From an uncultured archaeon (GTDB taxonomy: Archaea; Asgardarchaeota; Lokiarchaeia; Sigyniarchaeales; SOKP01), in the NCBI GenBank assembly GCA_964583985.1, contig CAZOYD010000013.1:1-64000 (forward strand): 64,000 bases of DNA, in the 5' to 3' direction. The notes under the pieces were generated by a model. It ran no database searches. It was given only the letters and a program-made list of their open reading frames with translations, and was not told the origin of the DNA. Shown here piece by piece: positions 20,856-31,711 of the stretch. A program made the position numbers and the translations under genes. Position 1 is the first letter of the stretch. The number at the start of each line of letters is the position of its first letter.

Positions 20856-21782
20856 TTATCCACTCCGATATATGATACTTTTTCCTATCATTCGAATTGG
20901 TTTATACGATTCTTTTGCCTTGCGTAGACCCGGGACTCCTAAATCTTGCTCTCGATTGACAAAAATGGCATTCTGAAAACTACTTTTTAAAAAAAGATTG
21001 TTAATTGCTTGATACCCTCCTTCATATTCCATGTGCGCTTTCTCCACATGGATCACTATCGTGTCTGAATTTAACATTTCTCCAAATGTGTAAGCAGCAC
21101 ATTTTTCATCAATGCAAATTAGCGCTCCTCTAAAACCTAAAACTAAAAAATGATCTAAAGCGTCGTAAATGGCTTTTTCTTCTTGTTCCAAACCCTCATC
21201 TTCTTCGCATTCTCTGAGAATACACCATTCCAATTGTAGTTTCTTGCACGTAGCAATATCATCTTCCGTTAATATTTTAAATTCATAATCGTAAGTTTTT
21301 AAAAATTTATTTAACCACCTTCTATTTTGACGATGCTTATTTCCTGGCAAAGTTCTAAGACTTTCTGTTTCATAGACATAATCCCAATTGTCCCTATCGT
21401 CTAAAATTTTCAAGTTCAATGATTGAAATTCTACGTGATTTAGTATTGTATCTGTAATTGTGTTAGGAACTCTATGAAATTCTAAATCTTCAAGATCTTT
21501 AAATAAAGAAATGATGATTTCTGCCGGATTAGGACCTACTGGTGGAAAAAAATATAATGAATCCTTGTTTCCTGAAGCGGGTTCTTTTTTCTCTTTGAAA
21601 ATATCTCGTGAAAAGAGTATTAGGTGATCTTTCCATTCCATAAAAAAAAATCCATAGAAGTTCCTCCACATGTATAGATTTGTAAAGGTGAATTCAGATG
21701 TCTCGGGAGGATAATTCTGAAAATATGAGTCAAAAAGTGCTTTATCGGTTATTTGTATGGGCTTTGCATCAGTTAATTCCAT
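20856..21782 (-). CDS. DUF2156 / phosphatidylglycerol lysyltransferase C-terminal (GNAT-like) domain protein
   Basis: SEFTFTNLYMW, WDYVY, IHVEKA and VNREQDLGVPGLRKAKESYKP motifs. Confidence 0.88.
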   Translation of the reverse strand: MELTDAKPIQITDKALFDSYFQNYPPETSEFTFTNLYMWRNFYGFFFMEWKDHLILFSRDIFKEKKEPASGNKDSLYFFPPVGPNPAEIIISLFKDLEDLEFHRVPNTITDTILNHVEFQSLNLKILDDRDNWDYVYETESLRTLPGNKHRQNRRWLNKFLKTYDYEFKILTEDDIATCKKLQLEWCILRECEEDEGLEQEEKAIYDALDHFLVLGFRGALICIDEKCAAYTFGEMLNSDTIVIHVEKAHMEYEGGYQAINNLFLKSSFQNAIFVNREQDLGVPGLRKAKESYKPIRMIGKSIIYRSG

Positions 21783-21931
21783 GAATTATTTATTATAGTT
21801 GCATCTATAAATTACTTTCGATTTTAAATAATTAGAACTTGATATATTCCCATGTTATTAAATTTTTGAAATTTTTAGAGTCAAATGATTAAAGAAATTA
21901 TATGTTTAATAATTCATATTAACGATCTAAA

Positions 21932-22597
21932 ATGATTTTAAATATAGGATTGGTTTTAAGAGAGATTTGTCTTATTATTGTAATTATAATAGTAATTAGT
22001 TTATTTTTTTTATTGGTTGTGGCAAAAATTGTTAGGAAAATTCATCCTTTTCCCATTCCCGCATTCATGACAAGGGTAATTGATAATCCAATTCGAAGGC
22101 GATTTATGCAAAAACCTCTACTAATTGCTGAACGAATGAACTTACAACCGGGCATGAAAGTAATTGAGATTGGTCCAGGAAAAGGAACTTATACTAAAGC
22201 AGTCTTAAGTAAAATTCTACCAGATGGAGAAATCTATGCAATCGATATTCAAGAAAATATCATTAATCGTTTAAAACAAAAACTTGAAAAGGAAAAAATT
22301 GAAAATATTATACCAATGATTAATGATGTATACAACCTAACATTTGAAAATGAGAGCATGGATAGAATTTTTGCGGTTACTTGTTTACCAGAAATTCCAA
22401 ACCCGGTTCAAGCACTCCTGGAATTAAAAAGAGTATTAAAACCTGATGGAATCATTTCATTTAGCGAATTATTTATCGATCCTGATTATCCTCTAAGAAA
22501 GACCGAAAAAAGATGGGCAAAGGACGCGGGATTGGTTTTCATTGAAGGATTTGGTAACTTTTTTAGTTACCAGTTAAATTTTGGAAAAAATAAATAA
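21932..22597 (+). CDS. Class I SAM-dependent methyltransferase with an N-terminal TM anchor
   Basis: VIEIGPGKG motif I, YAIDIQ, ELKRVLKPDG. Confidence 0.88.
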   Translation: MILNIGLVLREICLIIVIIIVISLFFLLVVAKIVRKIHPFPIPAFMTRVIDNPIRRRFMQKPLLIAERMNLQPGMKVIEIGPGKGTYTKAVLSKILPDGEIYAIDIQENIINRLKQKLEKEKIENIIPMINDVYNLTFENESMDRIFAVTCLPEIPNPVQALLELKRVLKPDGIISFSELFIDPDYPLRKTEKRWAKDAGLVFIEGFGNFFSYQLNFGKNK

Positions 22598-22796
22598 ATA
22601 CTTGGAACCTAAAAAAAGATGAAATTCGTGAGGAAAATGGGAAAAATTCACGATCATCCATAACTATGGTTAATTTTTAAGAAATCGGAATCTTATCTCA
22701 AAGCTTAAAAAAGATTTTCAATATGATCGATCATAATAAATTTTGAGTATAAACAATATATTCAAAGCTAATAGTGTCATTTTTAATCAAAAGAAA

Positions 22797-23549
22797 ATGT
22801 CCGATATTGAGTTAGTAATAAAAGCCCGAAATTTGGTAAAAATATATAAACAAGGCAATGTAAAAGCTGTCAATGGTTTAAACTTAAGCATCCGTAAGGG
22901 TGAAATCTATGCGTTCATAGGAGCCAATGGATCAGGTAAAACTACGGTTATAAAAATGTTAACGGGAGTTATGGATCCTACTTCTGGATCCATTAATGTT
23001 TTTGGGTTAAGCATTCCAAAAAATCGAAAAATTGTGGCTCGGAATATAGGAATAGCTCCTCAAGAGTATTCATTATATGACGATCTTACAGTGTTGGAAA
23101 ATATTCGATTTTTTGGCTATTTATATGGAATGAATAAACATGTTCTTAATGCAAAAATTGAGGATTTAATCCAAATTTTACGTCTTGAAGATAAAAAAAG
23201 CACTTTAGTTTCTAATCTTTCTGGAGGGATGAAACGTCGCGTGAGTATAGCTTGTGCTTTGATTCATTCTCCTCGCGTGGTATTTTTTGACGAAGCAACT
23301 GTAGGTATTGACCCCATTCTTCGTAAATTTTTCTGGGAGTATTTTAATGACCTTAAAAAAAAAGGGTTAACGCTTATTCTTACCTCACATGTTATGGATG
23401 AGGCCGAAAGAGCGGATAGGATTGGCTTAATACGTGATGGTAGGTTAATCGATGAAGGTACACCTCAGGAATTAAAAACAAAACATCAAGTCACCACAAT
23501 TGAAGAAGTATTCATAAAATTAAGCAAAGAGGTGATTGGAAATGAGTAA
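22797..23549 (+). CDS. ABC-2 type exporter, ATP-binding subunit
   Basis: GANGSGKT, LSGGMKRR, FFDE, SH motifs. ATG at 22797 preferred over TTG at 22743. Confidence 0.93.
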   Translation: MSDIELVIKARNLVKIYKQGNVKAVNGLNLSIRKGEIYAFIGANGSGKTTVIKMLTGVMDPTSGSINVFGLSIPKNRKIVARNIGIAPQEYSLYDDLTVLENIRFFGYLYGMNKHVLNAKIEDLIQILRLEDKKSTLVSNLSGGMKRRVSIACALIHSPRVVFFDEATVGIDPILRKFFWEYFNDLKKKGLTLILTSHVMDEAERADRIGLIRDGRLIDEGTPQELKTKHQVTTIEEVFIKLSKEVIGNE

Positions 23550-24744
23550 AGATAATATCGAATTTATAGAATCACGAGAATATTTTGAATCCTCTCGCTT
23601 TTCTTTTAAAAGAGTTTTTTTAATAGCACGTCGCATTTTACGACAAATCAGTCGCGATAAGCGAACATTTGGAATGATAGTCATAATGCCCGTTGTAATT
23701 ATGCTTATTTTTGGTTTCGCACTAGGAGGAGAAATAACAAATATACCCATCCTAATCGATAATGAAGATAAAGGTTATACTACTTTTGTAAATCCTCCTG
23801 GTGTCAATGTTACATTTACATTTGGCAATAATATCACAACAGTTTTGAAAAACGACGATCACGTTCATTTTAATTCAGGAAATTTTCTCAATAATAAAAA
23901 GAATGTGGATGATGGTTTATATTATGCCGCAATTTACATTCCAGCTAATTTCTCAGAGTGTGTGTATAATAAGACACATAATGGTGCTCAAATAAATGTC
24001 ACAATTGACATCTATATTGATGCTACTAAGCCTACGATAAAAGCCACAGTTTTGGTTGCATTACAGGAAGCCATGCAGTCGGCGTTCGGTACTAACACCA
24101 TCGTCATTCATCAAGAATTGGCTTTTGGCGGTATTGATTTTAGTGGATTGGATACGAGCATCCCCTCAGTAATCGCTTTTGTTATAAGTTTTTTAGTGTT
24201 GTTAATCTCACTCCTTACGATAAAACGAGAAGCTATAGGAGGTACGGAAGAACGATTGTATGGTACCCCTTTAAAAGCATCAGAAAGATTAGTTGGATAC
24301 ACGGTTGCCTTAACTGTATTGGCTATTATTATCGTCAGTGCAATTCTAGTTATTAGTATTGCTTTATTTGGAGTAGTAATTCAAGGAGATATCTTACTAC
24401 TTATAGGGATGCTTGTATTGTTTTCACTTCTTCATGTACTATTGGCAGTATTCCTTTCAAATTTTGCCAAAAATGAGTTGCAAGCAGTACAAATTGCGCC
24501 ACTAATAGCTCTCCCCTCAATGGCCTTAAGTGGAATGTTAGTTCCAGTAAGTAGTTTTCCCGTAGTTGTTCAAATTATAGCAAGATTTATCCCATTATAT
24601 TATGGAAATCGAATATTTGAAGGAATAATGTTAAAAGGATGGGGTATTATCCAACTCTGGCCAGATATACTTATAATTACCATTATAGCGTTAGTTTGTT
24701 TTGTTTTAGCAATGGTTACCGTAAAAGATAAAATTAAAGCATAG
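23536..24744 (+). CDS. ABC-2 type exporter, permease
   Basis: Overlaps the ATPase gene. RDKRTF...MPVV N-terminal TM, extracellular loop and 5 C-terminal TMs. True start may be the ATG at 23542, after a GAGGTGA RBS. Confidence 0.9.
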   Translation: MEMSKDNIEFIESREYFESSRFSFKRVFLIARRILRQISRDKRTFGMIVIMPVVIMLIFGFALGGEITNIPILIDNEDKGYTTFVNPPGVNVTFTFGNNITTVLKNDDHVHFNSGNFLNNKKNVDDGLYYAAIYIPANFSECVYNKTHNGAQINVTIDIYIDATKPTIKATVLVALQEAMQSAFGTNTIVIHQELAFGGIDFSGLDTSIPSVIAFVISFLVLLISLLTIKREAIGGTEERLYGTPLKASERLVGYTVALTVLAIIIVSAILVISIALFGVVIQGDILLLIGMLVLFSLLHVLLAVFLSNFAKNELQAVQIAPLIALPSMALSGMLVPVSSFPVVVQIIARFIPLYYGNRIFEGIMLKGWGIIQLWPDILIITIIALVCFVLAMVTVKDKIKA

Positions 24745-24780
24745 ATACAAAAAATAATTAAACTCTGCTGATTGGATCTT

Positions 24781-24942
24781 TTAAGCGTCTTTCAGAGCTT
24801 CATCGTCAATATTATCAAACTCGTTCAATTCCTTTAGGTCGTGAAAATAACAACACCCGCTCGATATTCGATAATCATTTTCCTCAACAATCTCAAGAGG
24901 ATCTTCCTCTTTTATAACTAGGATTCTTTTCCATTGTTTCAT
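24781..24942 (-). CDS. Small acidic protein (53 aa), not in the ORF track
   Basis: MKQWKRILVIKEEDPLEIVEENDYRISSGCCYFHDLKELNEFDNIDDEALKDA*, read by hand; protein-like composition. Confidence 0.5.
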   Translation of the reverse strand: MKQWKRILVIKEEDPLEIVEENDYRISSGCCYFHDLKELNEFDNIDDEALKDA

Positions 24943-25162
24943 GATTCATCAAAAAAATGTGCAAAATCACCTTTTTAAGGATTATGATTCATTTTTATTA
25001 GTAGATGGGATAAAGCACTTTACGTTAAAAAAGAAAAATAGCGAAAATAAGAACTCATTTAATTTAAGGATTAAGTGCTTATGATATTTCTGTATAAAAT
25101 GATAAAAATATATAATATTAAATAATAAGTGCTAAAAAAAATAAAAATTATTAATGGAAAAA

Positions 25163-26176
<1,014 letters not shown>

Positions 26177-26341
26177 TCACTTTTCAATTTTTTAATGAAT
26201 TTTTAATTTAGAAATACAAGCTAAATATGTGGTCGATAGTTTTTTAATTTTCTAGTTTTATTATGAGAGCAACATAAAAGTGATATTTTTTACACAAGAG
26301 AATATTACAGAAAATAATAAGAATGAAAAGTAATATCTAGA

Positions 26342-27616
26342 ATGGATGTAAATTATCACACTCTTATATCAGATTTTTTAAAAGTACTTCCCTTTGTTAA
26401 TTCAATTAATATTATTGAAGGACAAGACAATGTGCTTTATTCTTCAGAGAATTGGGATACAAAAGCCGAATTAAAGAATATCATGGATGCCTGGTTAACT
26501 CTTAATCCAAAAATGAATGATATTTTAGATAAAGATTATATGATAAGAGAATATTCTGAAGAGAGATTGATTGCTACATCGAAAAAGTCTAAAGGACACA
26601 TTTTAGGGTTTAAGTCCCAAGATATAACAATAATCACTCACATTGAGCCTGATGGAATAATACCATTTGTTTTTAGAGAATTTTTTAAATTATTGGATGC
26701 CATTAAATCAGGAAAACCGTATATAGCAGATTCAGATGCGAGTCCCTCTCTTAATCAAGAAGTACAAACTGAATATGAAGATGATTTTACTGAACCGATT
26801 GATGAATCAAACCGTAATGAAATTGATAGAGGTGTTCCATTTACTGCACGTCTAATGGCTTATTATAGAGCTTTAGAATTGATAAAAAAAGACCCTCTTT
26901 TAATAGATCCTTATGCAGAACGTCTTGCAGGTGATATTTCATTCTTTATAGATCATCATGTTCGGTATTCTGAAATGGATTATCCTATCATACGATCTCG
27001 TTATATTGAAGAGAATATAATGTCAAAATGGTGCTCTAATCAAAAAGTATCGCAGATTGTTATTCTAGGATCAGGGCTTGATTCAAGAGCGTATCGATTT
27101 GAACCACTAAAAAACAACAGTCATACTATTTTTGAAGTGGATGTCCCAGCGATAATAAACTATAAAAAAGAGATTTTAGTAAATGATCAACCCCTTTGTA
27201 AATTAATTCAAATATATGCAGATATTTCCCATCTTATTTGGATCTCTAAACTGCTAAAAAAAGGATTCTCAAGTGTTATTCCAACCTTTTGGTTATTGGA
27301 AGGATTAGTGTATTATATTGATCGAAATACAATAGAGGAGTTGCTCAAGGCAATTGCATCTATAAGCGGCGAAGAAAGTCAGATTTTTGTAGATATCCTG
27401 CATACATCAAGATGGGTATCATTTCCTTATGATACAAATACCAAAACTACTGACCCTTTTTCCAAGCATTTCAAGTGGGGACTTAATATTCAAGAAATTT
27501 CAAGTTTTTTTTCAAATCTCGGATGGAACGTGTCTTATAGTTTCGCAGATGATCATGATATGGGTCGAAACGTTGGGCAAAAAGTGATGGTATTTATTAG
27601 GGGTAAATTGTTGTAA
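26342..27616 (+). CDS. Profilin-like domain fused to an LCM-family SAM-dependent methyltransferase
   Basis: Residues 1-~122 carry Asgard-profilin-like SENW...YMI...EER.I.T...KGH.L. An acidic linker follows, then TARLMAYYRA, DPYA, QIVILGSGLDSRAYR, FEVD and EGLVYY. Confidence 0.8.
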   Translation: MDVNYHTLISDFLKVLPFVNSINIIEGQDNVLYSSENWDTKAELKNIMDAWLTLNPKMNDILDKDYMIREYSEERLIATSKKSKGHILGFKSQDITIITHIEPDGIIPFVFREFFKLLDAIKSGKPYIADSDASPSLNQEVQTEYEDDFTEPIDESNRNEIDRGVPFTARLMAYYRALELIKKDPLLIDPYAERLAGDISFFIDHHVRYSEMDYPIIRSRYIEENIMSKWCSNQKVSQIVILGSGLDSRAYRFEPLKNNSHTIFEVDVPAIINYKKEILVNDQPLCKLIQIYADISHLIWISKLLKKGFSSVIPTFWLLEGLVYYIDRNTIEELLKAIASISGEESQIFVDILHTSRWVSFPYDTNTKTTDPFSKHFKWGLNIQEISSFFSNLGWNVSYSFADDHDMGRNVGQKVMVFIRGKLL

Positions 27617-27880
27617 GCTCATCTTTTTTAAAAAAAATAGTTTTAAAATAATATTCCTTCAATTTTTAATTAATATTCATATTTAAATCTCCTCGATTTA
27701 AATTACCGATTAATCATTATTTTGGAGCAAATTAATTGAAAGTTGATAAAATGGCATATTGGAAGATCCTTTTCATTTTTGTCCCACGAATTGAATGAAA
27801 TTTAATCATTCCATTGATTTGTAATTAGATTTGAATTAGAAAACTTCGCGTTGTTAGGCATTTCTTACTACTACTTAAAT

Positions 27881-28234
27881 TTAGGATAATTTTTGGATTA
27901 ATTCTTGAACTGTATAATATCTTGTAAAATAACCTTCTTTTTTCCCTATAATTAATCCTGCGTTTTCTAATATCTTAAGATGATGCGTGATGGCTCCATC
28001 AGATAATTCAAAAACATTAGCGAGAGCACAAGTACACATTGGTTTATTTTTCAGTAGTCTAAAAATAATATATCTTTTCAAATTGGAAAGAGCTTTGTGA
28101 ATTTTGTATTCGTTCATGGCTTCAGGATCTTTTTTAATACTCAAGATTGAAGATTTATTTTCTTCTAAAAATTCTGTACAAGTTGTTCCTTTTTCCATTT
28201 CTTGAATATAATTCTTAAATCTTTCTTCCGTCAT
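27881..28234 (-). CDS. ArsR/SmtB family transcriptional regulator
   Basis: HKALSNLKRYIIFRLL, MCTCALA, ITHHLKILENAGLI. Confidence 0.9.
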   Translation of the reverse strand: MTEERFKNYIQEMEKGTTCTEFLEENKSSILSIKKDPEAMNEYKIHKALSNLKRYIIFRLLKNKPMCTCALANVFELSDGAITHHLKILENAGLIIGKKEGYFTRYYTVQELIQKLS

Positions 28235-28336
28235 TAGAATTACTAAATTTTTTCTGTTTTAATAATATTTAGTTTATTTTGAGAAAATTTAAAATAGATC
28301 AAAATTTTTTCTAATTGTATTTTTACTCAAAATAAC

Positions 28337-29029
28337 ATGAGATGTGAGAAAAAGTTGAATAGAAACCAATTTGAAATGTCGAAGTCTTTTAATTTTTATG
28401 ATGATTTTATGGAAAAAGTGCTAGAATTTGACAACTTGACGATGGAAGACTATATGGAATTTATGCCAAAAGTGCTACCTATCATCCTTCAACAATCTGC
28501 AAAAGATCCCGTGGAATTATTTGATTCAGTTATTTCAAAACTCAATAATATATGGACTGCTTCAGATCAATTGCCATTTCATGGACCTTGGCATCATGGA
28601 ATCGTTCCTGCTGTCCTTATTATGGCTCTAAAAAATAACGATTACCAATTTACTGAAAAAGAAGTGAAAGAAGCCTTCATGAGAGGATTAAAAATACCTG
28701 CTGGAGGATGTGGATTTTGTGGAACTTGTGGAGGGGGTAGTGGGGTAGGAATTACTATTAGCATAACTCAAAAAGCAACACCCTTTCATGATAAAGAACG
28801 TGCTCTTGGATTTGAGGCAGCATTAAAAGCTCAAGAGCGAATTGGAAAATTGGGTGGGCCTAGATGTTGTCGCCTTAGTGCTTATGTTGCCATTGAACAA
28901 GCTGTTAAATATCTTAAAAGATTTCACTATGAATTACCAGAGCAGAAAATGATTGGACATTGTGACGTTTATGAATTAAATAAGGAATGTCATCAACAAC
29001 GATGTCCATACTATCCAAAACATAAGTAG
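28337..29029 (+). CDS. DUF5714-like Cys-rich protein
   Basis: PFHGPWHH, GGCGFCGTCG, GPRCC and C-terminal C...NKEC...CPYY; divergent from arsR. Confidence 0.75.
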   Translation: MRCEKKLNRNQFEMSKSFNFYDDFMEKVLEFDNLTMEDYMEFMPKVLPIILQQSAKDPVELFDSVISKLNNIWTASDQLPFHGPWHHGIVPAVLIMALKNNDYQFTEKEVKEAFMRGLKIPAGGCGFCGTCGGGSGVGITISITQKATPFHDKERALGFEAALKAQERIGKLGGPRCCRLSAYVAIEQAVKYLKRFHYELPEQKMIGHCDVYELNKECHQQRCPYYPKHK

Positions 29030-29166
29030 TTCCTTTTTATTTTATTTCCGCTTTCCATGATATTCGCTTGCTAAGATTATAATTTTCTATTATTTTTTTC
29101 TTCTAAACAATATTCTTTAAATTTTTATACCTCAATAATTAAGTATTAAGAATAAAGGTGATATAA

Positions 29167-30387
29167 ATTACAGATATAGAAGAACAAATACTTGAAAGAA
29201 TAGAAAACATACGTGGTGATATCATAAAATTTCATCAAGAGATAGTAAGAATTCCCTCTGAAAATCCACCATCGAAGTATAAGGAAGTTGCTAAATTCGT
29301 CGAGCGAAAAATGCGAGAAATTGGTTTAAAAACATCCATAAAGAGAAATAATGTCATTGGGGAACTTGCAAAGGGTGATAGGCCCACGCTAATTTTTAAC
29401 GGGCATTTTGATACCGTGGAAGCTTTTAAAGGGTGGTCAAGGGATCCCTTCGGAGCCGAAATCGTTGGGGATAAAATTTTCGGAAGAGGTGCCTCTGATG
29501 ATAAATCCTCCGTGACCGCGGAAATTTTTGCAGCTCAAGTTTTACTTGAAGCAGGAGTTGATCTTAAGGGAAATTTAATCGTAACTGCTGTAGGTGATGA
29601 AGAAACAGGAGGATTAAGAGGAGCAGATTATCTCTTGAGTAATGAATTAATTTCTGGAGATGCTTGCCTATTAGGAGATGCAGCTAACGGATATCCCTTT
29701 GGATATTGTGGTGGCACCATGTATATCACGATAACCATCAAAGGTAAGACCGCACATGGATTGGCATTCCCAGATCTCCCTTCACCATTTCGTAACGAAA
29801 ATTCGGGGATTAATACTGTTGAGAGGATGGTCAAAGTAATGAATTTCTTACTTGAATTGAAAGACGAACTGTTAAAAAAGATTACAACTTATCCAACTTC
29901 AGAAGGATGGGGTTCTAATGTGAGTAGTATCAATCTTGCTGAAATTCATGGCGGTACAAAGATCACTACGGTTCCTGATCGATGTTATCTTCATCTAAGT
30001 GTAAATACAATTCCAGAACAAGACGTTGCAAGTATAAAACAGCGACTTCTTGTTTTTATTGAAGATATGAAAAAGGAAGATCCCGATTTAGATATAACTG
30101 TGCAGATACCAATTGCCATGGAACCCCAAGTGATTGATGAGTCTTCTGATTTTGCAAAGATCGTTCAGAAAGTTGCGGAGAAAATTTATGGTGAAAAAAG
30201 AGAATTTAAAACTTTGATGCCATCCACGGACGCTCATTGGTTTCAAGAGAGAGGAATTCCCACTATCTTGGTTGGAGCTTCCGCAAAAGATAATAACATC
30301 CATGCTGAAGATGAATTTGTATATATTAAGGATTTAATGGATTTAGTCAAGATGTTCGCATTAACTGCATTAAATTATTTAAGATGA
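29167..30387 (+). CDS. M20 / ArgE-DapE family deacylase (probable ATT start)
   Basis: NGHFDTV, GRGASDDK, DEE, TDA, IHAEDE. Homology to the downstream paralog extends 48 codons upstream of the ATG at 29311, to an ATT at 29167 preceded by AGGTGA. Confidence 0.88.
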   Translation: MTDIEEQILERIENIRGDIIKFHQEIVRIPSENPPSKYKEVAKFVERKMREIGLKTSIKRNNVIGELAKGDRPTLIFNGHFDTVEAFKGWSRDPFGAEIVGDKIFGRGASDDKSSVTAEIFAAQVLLEAGVDLKGNLIVTAVGDEETGGLRGADYLLSNELISGDACLLGDAANGYPFGYCGGTMYITITIKGKTAHGLAFPDLPSPFRNENSGINTVERMVKVMNFLLELKDELLKKITTYPTSEGWGSNVSSINLAEIHGGTKITTVPDRCYLHLSVNTIPEQDVASIKQRLLVFIEDMKKEDPDLDITVQIPIAMEPQVIDESSDFAKIVQKVAEKIYGEKREFKTLMPSTDAHWFQERGIPTILVGASAKDNNIHAEDEFVYIKDLMDLVKMFALTALNYLR

Positions 30388-30393
30388 TTATAT

Positions 30394-31623
30394 ATGGAAA
30401 GAAATGTTTTGGAAAAGAGTATTTTAATCGAGATAGAGCGATTAAGAGATGAAATAATTAACTTCCATCAAGATATCATTAAAATACCTTCTGAAAATCC
30501 TCCCGGGAAATATAAAGAGATATCCAAAGTTATTCAAAAGAAGTACGAAGAATTAGGATTAACTACTATATCTAAAAGAAATAACGTGATTGGAACTTAT
30601 GGCAATTCAGAACATCCTTCACTAATTTTATATGGTCATATGGATACAGTTCCTGCCTATGATGGATGGAGTAAAGATCCATTTGGAGCAGAAATACTTG
30701 ATGGAAAAATATATGGTCGTGGGAGCTGTGATGATAAATCTTGTGTTACAGCAGCAATTTTCGCTCTCCAATCTTTACTTAATCTAAAAATCAAAATTAA
30801 TGGAAAATTATCTCTTTTAGCGACTATTGACGAAGAAACTGGTGGTTTCAATGGAACTAAGTACATGCTTGATAAAGGATTAGTTTCGGGGGATGCTTGC
30901 CTTTTAGGAGATGGTAGGGGAAGCTTTCCTGCAGCATATACAGGAGGATTTCTGTTAGTAACATTTTTAATTAAAGGAAAAACAGCCCATGCATTAAGCT
31001 TTCCAGATATTCCCCTTTATCGAAATGAATACTCAGGAGTTAATGCAATCCAAAAGATGGTAAGGATATTAAACTTCCTAACGCAATTGCAAGCAGAATT
31101 TTTAAATAATGAAACTAAATATCCAAATTTTCCAGGACATCCTTCTAAAGTAAGTACTGTCAACATTGCAAAGATTGAGGGTGGAGACAAATTATCTGCC
31201 GTCCCAGATAAGTGCTTGTTATACTGCATTATCAATACCATTCCAGAACAAGATGTCGAAAGTATAAAAACACGCATTCTAGAGTTCATAGAAGCTTCAA
31301 AACAAGAAGATCCGGAATTAAACATCAATATTCAATTTACAATGTCCTTTGAACCATTTATCTCTAATACAAATTTAAAATTCGCGAATTCTGTTCAAAA
31401 GACCTTAAAAACTATATATGGGGAAGAAAGAGAATTCAAATTATTCCAATCTGCCAATGATGGTCATTTCTTCCATGAACATGGCATTGAAACCATTCTT
31501 ATGGGAACTGGAAGTCACGAATGTAACGTGCATTCACCCGATGAATTCGTAAAAATTGATGATTTGATAGATACTACCAAGATATTCGCTTTAACAATAT
31601 TTAATTATCTGAGAAAAGACTAA
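30394..31623 (+). CDS. M20 / ArgE-DapE family deacylase (tandem paralog)
   Basis: YGHMDTV, GRGSCDDK, DEE, NDG, VHSPDE. Confidence 0.92.
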   Translation: MERNVLEKSILIEIERLRDEIINFHQDIIKIPSENPPGKYKEISKVIQKKYEELGLTTISKRNNVIGTYGNSEHPSLILYGHMDTVPAYDGWSKDPFGAEILDGKIYGRGSCDDKSCVTAAIFALQSLLNLKIKINGKLSLLATIDEETGGFNGTKYMLDKGLVSGDACLLGDGRGSFPAAYTGGFLLVTFLIKGKTAHALSFPDIPLYRNEYSGVNAIQKMVRILNFLTQLQAEFLNNETKYPNFPGHPSKVSTVNIAKIEGGDKLSAVPDKCLLYCIINTIPEQDVESIKTRILEFIEASKQEDPELNINIQFTMSFEPFISNTNLKFANSVQKTLKTIYGEEREFKLFQSANDGHFFHEHGIETILMGTGSHECNVHSPDEFVKIDDLIDTTKIFALTIFNYLRKD

Positions 31624-31711
31624 GATTTCAATTATTCTTGAGCTCTTTTTTTCTAAAAAAAAATAATTTTAATGAGGATTAATATAAAAATAAGACAAAA
31701 AGAAAAAAGAA

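Noticed and set aside
30385-30396. TGA read-through fusing the two in-frame M20 paralogs
   Set aside because: The TGA sits at the natural C-terminus (NYLR), not at a Cys position. An in-frame arrangement has a 1-in-3 chance, and no SECIS is visible.
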